A stretch of DNA of 64,000 nucleotides from a virus. Taxonomy: Duplodnaviria; Caudoviricetes. Location of the stretch: the IMG/VR virus record IMGVR_UViG_3300018495_000076, positions 1 to 64,000 of that record. One strand, 5' to 3'. The notes under the pieces were generated by a model. That model saw only the letters and a list, made by a program, of their open reading frames with translations. It was not told where the DNA came from and did not search any database. The position numbers and the translations under genes were made by a program. This document shows, piece by piece, positions 54,474 to 64,000 of this stretch (position 1 is the stretch's first letter; each line of letters starts with the position of its first letter).

Positions 54474-54543
54474 GTCCCGCTCTGCCTTGACAAGACGAAG
54501 TCTTGCCTCACGGACTTGCGACCGTCGTTGGTGGCATTAAGAC
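54474..54543 (-). ncRNA. Twister ribozyme (type P1 with P5)
   Basis: P1 GTCT/GGAC; TAA; P2 TGCC/GGCA; ACC; P4 ACGG/CCGT with loop TCGCAAGT; P5 GGCAAGAC/GTCTTGTC; GAGCG. Both pseudoknot pairings (AC/GT, CGC/GCG) are retained. Confidence 0.9.
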
Positions 54544-54572
54544 GCCCCCACCCGAAGGTGAGGGCATGTGTG

Positions 54573-55085
54573 TTAGCGAATGGACTTCCAATAGTCCCAC
54601 TCTGCACCGTTGGGTTCAATGCCGAACTCGCGGATGATTGCGGCTGCCTGCTTGTTCGCGCTCTTGCCCTTGCCTGCGAGCTTGTCGAGTTTTTTCAGCA
54701 ACTTGGCATTGCCCTTGCCGTTTGTGCGCTTGGGTGCGTTCACGGGCATGAGCACGCAGCCGTCGCCGTTAGCCGTGCCTTGAATCGTGTATTCCTTGCC
54801 GTCCATCAAGTCCTCGTACTCACGAGCGGGATCGTATGCCTCGGCGCGCTCGGACTTGGGCACATACGCTGCGTGAGCCTCGGCATAGTCTGCTCTGAAC
54901 TTTTTTGCTACGGATTCTGCCGTTTTGACGGAGTCAAATGTTACGGCTACGAAGCCTTCGGCAGTTTTGGCGATTTCGGTGTTGTGGTCTTGGGCGAGCT
55001 GCACGAGCGCCTTGTATGCGCCGTACGGCAGGTACGCGGTTGCGGTAAGGGTGTTCTGGGTTCTCTTAATCAAATTCTTAGACAT
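54573..55085 (-). CDS. First gene of the leftward operon (C-terminal W.YW.S.R domain, paralog 2)
   Basis: AGGAGG RBS; ends AGKGKSANKQAAAIIR...EWDYWKSIR. Confidence 0.75.
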   Translation of the reverse strand: MSKNLIKRTQNTLTATAYLPYGAYKALVQLAQDHNTEIAKTAEGFVAVTFDSVKTAESVAKKFRADYAEAHAAYVPKSERAEAYDPAREYEDLMDGKEYTIQGTANGDGCVLMPVNAPKRTNGKGNAKLLKKLDKLAGKGKSANKQAAAIIREFGIEPNGAEWDYWKSIR

Positions 55086-55199
55086 AAATGCCTCCTTCTG
55101 CGTGGATCACACGCTCATATATTGCGTATGTGCTATACACATACACTCACCAAGGGTATCCCTCGGAAATCTATGACCATATCATACTCCATGCCTTAT

Positions 55200-55870
55200 G
55201 CAATAAAATTCTGAAAACTCATATTTTCTGTACTTTTTGAAAAAAATCACTGGGGGTAGATAAAACCACGACTTTTGAGTGCTTTTTGCTTTATTATGGA
55301 ACGAGGTCTACTTCTACACTGACTTCAAAATGTACGAAAAATATTTTCCAAAATCACACTCTCCAGCCCTAATAAATTACACCAATCCACTCCAACTTTA
55401 CCACCTTAAAACCACACCAAAATCACCATAGCCCATACCACAAAACAGTCTGGGCAAGATAATTTTTCTCCAAATAGCCACCTAATCCCGCAACTTATCA
55501 ATCAATACACCACTTCTCAAACACCTCACCTCTTTAAACTACAAGAAAAACCCTTATTATTTCCCCTAACCCCCATGTCATAAAACAAAATCGTCTTCCT
55601 GGCAACAAATTCCCACTATAACAATCGTTTTCAAAAATCACTCAACAAAAACAACAACATACCACACAAAACCACATATAATACAACATTTTCCTATATA
55701 CAACTCTTCCTGATCTCACAATCCTTAAAACCACCAATTTTCAGCCATCATAACCACTTCTCACAAGCAAAAACCCACTATAATCAATTAAAATAGGGGG
55801 TATCATTAAACTGCACACATATAACAACCCCATAATGTGATACAAAACCACACATATACAAAAAATATTT
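55200..55870. other. Non-coding divergence region with extreme strand asymmetry (A/C-rich, G-poor on +)
   Basis: No credible ORF; recurrent ACCAC/AAAACC; sits at the switch of coding strand. Confidence 0.7.
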
Positions 55871-55878
55871 TCCATGAT

Positions 55879-55960
55879 TGTTAAAAATATGTAAACATTG
55901 CTACACATCTATTTACAATTCATTTAAATTAGTTTATACTATTTACAGTACAAAATGATT
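55879..55960 (+). promoter_or_regulatory. Rightward sigma-A promoter with direct-repeat box and downstream operator motif
   Basis: TGTTAA-N5-TGTAAA (55879-55895), TTTACA (55912)-17-TATACT, TACAGTACAAAATGATT (55944-55960). Confidence 0.8.
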
Positions 55961-55977
55961 CATAAGGAGATACACAC

Positions 55978-56376
55978 ATGCCAAAAAACAAAATTCAAAC
56001 CTATGTACCCGGCAAAGGAGTATTAGATATTCAAGTTGCTGCCAACCAAAAAGTAATTGAGATCCACAAGGTCAACCCCAAAGGCAAATTCATCTTAGAC
56101 ATTGAAGCCAACAAGCAAGCAATGCAATCACTATCACCTCAAGCCTATATGCTCTATATGCATTTCATCTTAAATATCCCCGGCTACAAAGAAGCATTAA
56201 GTCTCAAGAACATTACAGAAACAACATCTCTTACAGAACGTACCTACTATAAAGCCGTTAACGAGCTTATAGAAAAAAAATATCTCGTCAAAGAAGACCA
56301 CTTAGACTTCTCTGACTATTATGGCTTTTACGAGAACCCTTTCAAGGGGTGCGACGAAGTCGAATCCCTAGTTTGA
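55978..56376 (+). CDS. Winged-helix DNA-binding protein (replication-initiator-like)
   Basis: LSPQAYMLYMH...LSLKNITETTSLTERTYYKAVNELIEKKYL. Confidence 0.65.
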   Translation: MPKNKIQTYVPGKGVLDIQVAANQKVIEIHKVNPKGKFILDIEANKQAMQSLSPQAYMLYMHFILNIPGYKEALSLKNITETTSLTERTYYKAVNELIEKKYLVKEDHLDFSDYYGFYENPFKGCDEVESLV

Positions 56377-56399
56377 AATTACGAAGTATATTTCAAATT

Positions 56400-56496
56400 T
56401 ACTTTTTTATATTTATATATTTTATATTTATATATATATGTTCCGACACGCTGTCGGAGGGGTGCTCTGACATTTTGTAGGGAGAGTGCTCCGACA
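56400..56496. repeat. AT-rich tract plus three TGYTCYGACA repeats at 24-bp period (candidate iterons/origin)
   Basis: Repeats at 56439, 56463 and 56487; pure A/T tract at 56403-56439. Confidence 0.6.
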
Positions 56497-56522
56497 TTAA
56501 GAAAAAAGGAGCTTATAAATGT

Positions 56523-57017
56523 ATGGATAATCTTTTTCGTATAAATGGAAATGATTTAATTCAATATAATGCCGATACAGATTGGTATGGCAAATATTTC
56601 GACACATTCTCAAATAGTGCACAATTAAAAACATCCGCTGGCGTATACGCCTTTATATTATGTAATGAAATTGTATATATTGGTTCAAGTATTAATTTAT
56701 TTAGCAGGTTGCGAACACATATTATGAATATACAATGTGGTAACAAGTGCCATACACACAGCATTGGTGAAAGGAAATATTATTATTTTAATAAATACAT
56801 CACCAACATGCAATATACACTTTTGCAAGTCTGTGACAAGCATATATCTAAATCCGAATTAGAAGCATATGAATATGAATACATCAAAACACATGAACCA
56901 ATATTTAATGTTCAATATGGAAAGCAACGTAAAAAATGGAATGGAACCGACCAAGATATTAACAATTTTGTTAATGGAGTAATTGCTATCAACAAATTAA
57001 AAAGTAAATTAGATTAA
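56523..57017 (+). CDS. GIY-YIG nuclease
   Basis: GVYAF...VYIGSSINLFSRL..H...E..YI...PIFN. Confidence 0.8.
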   Translation: MDNLFRINGNDLIQYNADTDWYGKYFDTFSNSAQLKTSAGVYAFILCNEIVYIGSSINLFSRLRTHIMNIQCGNKCHTHSIGERKYYYFNKYITNMQYTLLQVCDKHISKSELEAYEYEYIKTHEPIFNVQYGKQRKKWNGTDQDINNFVNGVIAINKLKSKLD

Positions 57018-57029
57018 GGAGAACCATCA

Positions 57030-60000
57030 ATGAACTGCCTAGACAACGAATGCCGTCATCAATATGTCGTGCTTGATGACTTTTACTGCAAACTTACCGG
57101 CAAACCAATTCCAGAAGATATAGATGTCACACAATGCAAAAACTATGTACAGGCACGCACTTGTACTAACTGTGTTTATGGTATCCCAACGATATATGAA
57201 ACTGGCACCATTGATGATATAGAATACAGGTGTTCACTTCAAAATAAAAAACTCATGTACGACGATTCAAATCCGTATTATAGGCATTATGCAGATGTGC
57301 CTGAATGCAACATTAATAAGTTCAAAGGAGTATAACAAATGAACCTACAAGAATTTCATGCTTACCAAAACCAGGACGGCACATATCGTATTGAGGCAAA
57401 TTCTACGGTTAAGTATGGTGAAATAGAACGCAATGGAAAACTAATCATCCCTCGTGCTAGACTCACCATGGAAGCATTAGTAGATTACGACACTTGTAAT
57501 GTAATGACATTTATAACGGAGGAAAATTAATATGCTTGACAAATATCAGTATTTTAAACGGTCAAAATCCGAAATGAAGCAAGAAGAAATCGTAAATAAC
57601 ATTTGTAACAAACTATGGGATCAACATGGATACAATACAGCTTTTTATCTTGGTGGATTATTGGAATTAAAATGTATCGCAACAGTATTGAGAGATAAAG
57701 AATATTTTACTAAACAAGACATGCTGAAAGTTATTGATTATTATACAAAACAAAAAGACGTACCAGATGAAATTAAAGAATTAGCAAATATAATTTTAAA
57801 AGAATTTGATTATAAGGAGAAAGAAGATGGCAATTAAAATGCTTAAAGAGGCAACAAAAGTATTTTTAGCTGAGTGTGGCAAGTGTGATTGTGTGTTTCA
57901 GTATGATATTAGTGATGTATACACAGGATTCTCATACTCGTATGTGCATTGTCCACATTGTAATACAACAATACCTCACGAAAACAGAAAGAACCATAAA
58001 GAAAATGAGATTAAAAATGCACCCACAGTCAATCTATATGAATGGATTAGTGTTGAAGATAGGTTGCCTGACGAACTATTTACCGCAGTGCTTATTTATT
58101 GCCCAAAGAACCAAAATATTTATTGTGCATACTTAAATACTAGAAATGAATGGCATATTTTTGATTATGGTGTCGGACAACAAGTTGTTGAAAGTGTCAC
58201 TCACTGGATGCCATTGCCCAATTCACCAGCAACAAAGCAATAAGAAAGGAACAAAGAAATGCAAAAAGCAAGAAAAACACCGACGGCAGAACAAAAACAA
58301 TGGATGAAAGAAAACGGCTATACCGAAAAGCAAATGGATGCGTTTTGGGAAGAAAATATTGAAAGCAATCCAATTGTACGAAATTTAAATAGCCATGGTA
58401 TGAGTTGGCGAGATATGAATATATCAGTCGTGTCTAAATTGCCCACACAAAAAGAACGAGATCTTGAAGCAAAAAAGAAAAAAGAAATTGAAGAACGGCA
58501 AAAAGCTGAAGCCGAAGCCAAGGCGAAAGCCGAAAAGGAATACTATCATGAGCATTTTGAAGAAATCATTGTAAAGAAAATTTTGGACGGCGAAAAACTG
58601 AGTGAAAAAGAGTTAATACGGATTAAAGACTTTGAAATTGACCGTGAAGACGGTGATAACCGTAGGTGGAGCAGAACTGTAACATCAATTCTGCATATGT
58701 GTGATCGTTACTTCGCATTGGTATGGGAAGAAGGGCTGACAGAATATCAAGACAACGAATATTATAACCAGCCATACGAAGTTGTGAAAAGAACTTACCA
58801 AAAGACTATAACCGTAACAGAATGGGTGGAGGCAAGCAATGAAGTGCAATAAAAAACGCAAACCGACATATCCATGGTATCACATCGAAAAATGCCCAAT
58901 ATGTGGCTCGGACACATTTCAATATATGTCTGAGTCTATGTGGGGCTGGGGAACGGTCGAGCAGCACGGTGATTGCTTAAGGTGCGGCTACACTGTGGAG
59001 CAAGCATATTCTCCGGTCTATGAGGCATTTTGGGATGTGAAAAGAGGATATAAGCATCCTACATTGGGCTATATTGAAAAGAATGTCAAGCGGCACAAGA
59101 GGATTAGACGGAAGAAGAATATTAAGGATATTGAAGTTAATCCTTTATGGATCAAATACATATAAAAATAAAATTTTAAGGGGTAGAGTATGACAAATTT
59201 TGAATATATTAAATCTATGACAGCCGAAGAGTTTTTTGATTTTGTATCTGATTTAGAGTTATATAAATGCAATGGCTGTCCTGCTAAGAGTAAATGTGGC
59301 GAATATTATTCTTGCCCAGATGCTTTTGTAGCGTGGTTAAACAAAGAGAAGGACGAATAAAAATAGAGTTTTAAAAGAGGAATTATGAGGGTTTGGAAAG
59401 CAATTGATGATGAAAAGCCATCTAAATCAGTGGTCTATAGAGTCAAGCAAGATAGTGGGTGCTTTACATTTAAGTATGCATATTACGACTCGTTATACGA
59501 CATATGGAATTATGATGGTGATTGGCGGCCGATGATTGTTAATGGTTATGTAACACATTGGGTTGAATTGACTAAAAAACAACAAGAAAGGTTTAAGGTG
59601 GAAGATGAACGATAAAACAAATTTAATTGATGACGAAATTCCCGCTTATAAAAAGAAATCAAATAAAAAGGGTCAACCTCGTTCAAATCATAAACATACT
59701 TATGAAACGGTTCTTCTGACTCGCAATTATCATACTACTGATTTTGCAACAGGCAAACCAAAGGTGAACCAAACTAGATTGCCAACAAAGGTATGTACTA
59801 TTTGTGGTAGGATTGATAAAGTTGATCGCGATCCGTCTTATTATGTTAAGAAACCTATTACATATCTACCTTTTGTTGGTTTTGAAAAGGCACTAAGTGA
59901 GCAAGCTTTAAGTCTACCAAAATGGCATGCAGAGGATTTTTGGGATAAGTTTGCAATAAAAACATCTGAAGAACAACAACATTAAGAGGTGTATTATGAA

Positions 60001-61641
60001 AATTTACAAAAGAGAAATTAAACCATATATTGAACCACCTTGTTTGCAAGGTTCTAATGATAAACCGTATCCAGTTCAGGGATATGATTGGATGCCAGAA
60101 GATATGGAAGAACAATTAAAACATGAAATTGTTGTAAGCGATCCTTGGTCTAAGTTAATTTTCAAAGAACGATATGTCGTAATAGGTGATGGGATTATCG
60201 GTGAATTTAAGAAGAGGTAATAATATGAATTTAGTACGTTATAGATTTAAGACAAAAGCCGTCGATGATTATAGACCACTGATTGACATGAAAGACATTA
60301 AAATGCCTTGGTGGTGTACTGGTTTGGCTGCAGATAACAGTTATGCAATTATTGTATGCTACTTGCCGAAAAGTGAAGATTTGTTTAAGTATTGGGACGA
60401 TGCTTACGATATGGAGTCTGAAGAAGTAGCAGAAATTGTATATACGGATAGATTTCATAAGACGGAATGGTTATAAAGAGGTGATATATATGGCAAAGAA
60501 ATTAATTTGTTTTCCGTTTGTTAACGGCAATCTTCAAGAATATTCGTTTAATAATTTAGATGATGCCGAAAGAGAGCGAGTATATAATGGTGAAGAAGTA
60601 GTAAAAGAGTTTACATATAACAAAGATAAGAAAGAAATATGGAAACCAAACACCGAAGTGGAACTGACACTTCATTATCTAGATTATGGTCGTGGTAGAA
60701 GTGCCGTGACATTTTATTGGGTAGATGATGATGGTCACGAATATCCAATGTTTATTAAAGATGTGGATGAGTTGCTAAGACAAGATATGGGAACATCAAG
60801 TGTGCATGCAATTTTTACTTATGTTAAGCGTGGTCAAAATTATGGCATTAAGTTTTTGAGAAAGATTGAGGAGTAAATTATGTCAAACAAACTTACAAAA
60901 ATGGCAAGAGAGATTTTATCTATTGAAGAAGATTTACAGTTTAGATTTGATTACAAAGAAAAACCTTATCCAACATTTGATGATTTTGAAATGTATACCT
61001 TTGAACAAACGTGGGGTAGTACCGCACTTGGATTTGGTGGCATGGGTGGTCAAGCAATAACACATGCAAGAACTTATGTCTTTGTTCCCACTAGCTGCAA
61101 TCAAAAATGTTTTGTTTATTTTGCTGGCAGATTTGCATATGCAACAGATTATAGTCAAGAATTTATGGATGATGTATTAAAAGGTAATATGGCATCCGTA
61201 TCTGGCGCTGGGAAGTATGCAAAGAAAGATGGTTAAACAATGAAAAATAAAGAATTTATATATGAATATTGGAGCCGAACTGAGCATGGAAGGAAGATGA
61301 TTGCCTCAAACCATGTGTCAGAATCAGACTTGTTGTTTTTGATTCCGAACAATGTCAAGAGAATGCACGGCTTACCAACAACACGAATCGTCGGCAAGAA
61401 AAAGAGAAAACAGAAGGAACAAAGAAGAAAATTTATTTTTTCTTTTAGTCTTTTTGATCTTATCGAAGAGGTTATAGAAGATACGCTTGGTTCTATGTGG
61501 TCTCAAAACGAGTTCTTTCAACAGTTTGTAGATGTTAAAAATGTTACACATGGGTTTCAACCAAATTTTCAATTCGACAAATCTAAGATTGTAAATGTAC
61601 CGACATTGACTAAGCCGGTAAGATTGTATATTGATTATTGA
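57030..61641 (+). other. Run of short hypothetical phage genes (includes a DUF551-like protein at 57827-58243)
   Basis: Co-oriented ORFs with RBS; EWISVEDRLP...VTHWMPLP. Confidence 0.75.
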
Positions 61642-61806
61642 TTTGTGTAAAGATACTTTATTACATAGTGTTAAAATCAATTCTGAGCCTCAAAATCAAT
61701 AACTACTTAGGCAAAACTCAATTAAACATATCTACGCTAATCCAATTTTTCACCCCATTTAAACAACCCTTAAAAACGGCAACTATTTATGTATTTTTAA
61801 ATAAAT

Positions 61807-61877
61807 TGTAAATAATAACTGTTATCTATTGACAATTATTATTAATTATGTTAAAATATTAACACTACAGAATGATT
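61807..61877 (+). promoter_or_regulatory. sigma-A promoter with box half-site and operator motif
   Basis: TGTAAA (61807), TTGACA (61829)-17-TAAAAT with TG, ACACTACAGAATGATT (61862-61877). Confidence 0.8.
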
Positions 61878-61890
61878 AAGGAGACTAAGT

Positions 61891-62103
61891 ATGCGTAAAA
61901 TGAAATTAAAACCATGTCCAAATTGCAGCAAAAGTGGCAAGAGTCTTTGGATATGCCGGGTTATTGGTGTGCCATTTTGGTATAAAAGATGGCACATCGA
62001 ATGCCCTAGTTGCCATTGGTGTGGAAAGTCAACGATGTTTGTTTGGAATGCCAAATTAGCATGGAATATGATGGCCAAAAGAAGGAGAAGAAATTATGGA
62101 TAA
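61891..62103 (+). CDS. Lar-like restriction-alleviation zinc-finger protein
   Basis: LKPCPNC...IECPSC...AKLAWN. Confidence 0.55.
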   Translation: MRKMKLKPCPNCSKSGKSLWICRVIGVPFWYKRWHIECPSCHWCGKSTMFVWNAKLAWNMMAKRRRRNYG

Positions 62104-62419
62104 AGAAAATATTGAAAAAATGGCAAAAGTAATAAAATTCTGCAAGAATACATCAATTGATGAATGCAATACTAAGGTGGATTGCCACCATTGTATTGCT
62201 GAACAAATTTACAACGCAGGATACCGTAAGCAAGAGTGGATAAGTGTTGAGGATAGATTGCCGACATATAAAGACGGCAAGGTTTTGATATATACCGCAT
62301 ACGGAATCAGCATTGCCGAGATAACGGTAAGCGGCAGATGGAAAGGTGCAAATGCTATTCCCAAATTTATTACACATTGGAAGCCGCTTCCCGAACCGCC
62401 GAAGATGAAAGGAGAATAA
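62096..62419 (+). CDS. DUF551-like protein
   Basis: EWISVEDRLP...ITHWKPLPEPP. Confidence 0.7.
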   Translation: MDKENIEKMAKVIKFCKNTSIDECNTKVDCHHCIAEQIYNAGYRKQEWISVEDRLPTYKDGKVLIYTAYGISIAEITVSGRWKGANAIPKFITHWKPLPEPPKMKGE

Positions 62420-62957
62420 TATGAAATGTGAAAAATGTTTATATAGGAAGAACTGTCAGTTTCTTGCCAAACATAAAAAAGCAGTCGTAGAAGGTTGTAC
62501 TGCTTTTGCAAGTGAAGCAGATTTAAAGAGAGAAACAGCAAAAGAAATTTTTGAGGAGATTGAAAACGCATTATTTAATAATCATTGCGTTGATGATGGA
62601 ACTGATTGCCCTACACCACATTACTTTGAAGAACTCAAGGATGATATTGCTGCACTCAAAAAGAAATATGAGGTGGCTAAAAATGACAAAGGCTAAAAAA
62701 GCAGTATTAAACGAACTGTCTAAAGAACAGTTGATTTATTTGATTGAGCAGTTCTATCATAGTCAATTTTTAATTGGTGAAGTCTGTGTAGCTGAGTCTA
62801 AGCAGCATATTGATTCTGGTGACGCGGTAGACGAGATCCGTGATTGTCTTTACGATATGCCAAATATGAATAATGTGATCGAGTTAAAAGCCTACATAGA
62901 CATGAAAATGGGAAAGATTACAATCGCAGAATTCAGAAAGATAATGGGGCTGGACGA

Positions 62958-63263
62958 ATGAAGTTGTGGGTAGATGATACTAGACCTTGCCCGGACAGAT
63001 TCGAATACTTCTGGGCTACTACGGTTATACAAGCTATACAAATAATTCAAGATGAAGAAACGGTTGGAGATCCGTTGGAACTTTTGGATTTGGATCATGA
63101 CGCTGGTGATTATTATTTCGGTGGAGGAGATTATATTCGAATCTTAGACTGGCTTGAAGCAACGGGTCGCAACTACCCTATTCGCATACACAGTGCCAAT
63201 GCGGTAGGTAGGGAAAATATGCGCAGAATTATAGAGAAAAATGGTTGGAAGGAGGTAAGATAA
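62958..63263 (+). CDS. Cyclic-phosphate-processing receiver-domain protein
   Basis: LWVDDTRPCP...LDLDHDAG...DYIRILDWLE...IRIHSANAVG. Confidence 0.75.
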   Translation: MKLWVDDTRPCPDRFEYFWATTVIQAIQIIQDEETVGDPLELLDLDHDAGDYYFGGGDYIRILDWLEATGRNYPIRIHSANAVGRENMRRIIEKNGWKEVR

Positions 63264-63790
63264 TGTTTAAACGTAAAAAAACATACTGTGTACGATGGGC
63301 TTGGGCGGATGGCATTGCTCGTCAAGATATCGTGAGTGCAAAAGACATTGCTTATGCTTGGAGAGAACTAAAAAAAGAACATCCTTGTGCGGCATATTGC
63401 TTTAGAATTACTGAGATAAAGAATAACGAGTTTAAGGAGGACAGTGTATGACCGACACAGAATATATTGAAAGAACTTTTAGAACAGAGGGTGAATAAAT
63501 GAAATGTATAGATTGCGGTAGTTGTCATAAAACCGAACTCGTCAAATGGAATCCCTTGGTATTGAAGTTTGAAAATGTAACTGTATATCAATGCTGGGGA
63601 GTGCCAGAACCATTTGAGATTGCTGATTTAGATGTTGAATGTCCTGCATATCCAAAAAAATATGAATGCAAGTTTTGTCATGGTGGCATTTATGGTGGTG
63701 TATTTTCTTTTGTAAAGCGTTGTAGTCCGGAAATTAGCGTTCATAAATTGTACTGCCCTGTTTGTGGTAAAGAGTTAAAGAGGTGATAAA

Positions 63791-64000
63791 ATGAAATTTT
63801 TTGTAAGTTCAGATATACATAGTGCGTATACGCCCTGGATGGAAGCGTTGAATAAGGCCGGATTTGATGTAAATAATCCTGAACATAAAATTATATTGTG
63901 TGGAGATTTGTTCGATAGAATGGATGAATCTCAAAAAGTTTATAAGTTTGCAAAAGATATGCTTGAAAAAGACAAGTTAATATACATCAAGGGTAATCAC
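63791..64000 (+). CDS. Calcineurin-like metallophosphoesterase (runs off the window end)
   Basis: Manual translation: MKFFVSSDIHS...ILCGDLFDR...IKGNH. Confidence 0.85.
   Translation, partial: MKFFVSSDIHSAYTPWMEALNKAGFDVNNPEHKIILCGDLFDRMDESQKVYKFAKDMLEKDKLIYIKGNH

Noticed and set aside
51786-55214. Long plus-strand or alternative-frame ORFs (51786-52475, 53882-54454, 54396-55214)
   Set aside because: They are shadows of GC-rich minus-strand genes that have clear RBSs.
1-64000. Stop-codon reassignment
   Set aside because: Long conserved genes are intact under the standard code, and no CTA/TCA/TTA suppressor anticodon was found.

Overview
This is part of a large, probably temperate phage of a low-GC Firmicute (Clostridia-like host inferred), with an SPbeta-like gene order. 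About 1-55.1 kb is transcribed on the minus strand and about 55.9-64 kb on the plus strand. From the left it carries an endonuclease, an ATP-dependent RNA ligase and an amidase, then a tRNA/ncRNA array (4.35-9.05 kb). The array holds two 8/4-fold tRNA-Ser genes, an ~820-nt GOLLD-like RNA candidate and a DUF2828/Ro60-like vWA gene. Next come a replication module (DnaE, RecD-like helicase, RecJ, primase, DnaB-like helicase, AAA ATPase, SSB-like), an active plus an inactive tyrosine recombinase, DNA methyltransferases, ~60 small hypothetical genes and a GC-rich putative early operon. Two systems stand out. (1) The DUF2828 gene is surrounded by seven copies of a helix+CAGCAA RNA module: three free-standing, three inserted into tRNA anticodon stems, and one closing a circularly permuted tRNA. 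This looks like a Ro60/Y-RNA analogue. (2) In the early operon, five consecutive intergenic regions each contain a self-cleaving ribozyme (twister, pistol, hammerhead, minimal HDV-like, HDV-like), each next to an H-type pseudoknot. A ~20-copy operator-like motif and a fixed-position direct-repeat box upstream of promoters define a phage regulon. All calls were made by eye; no database search was run.
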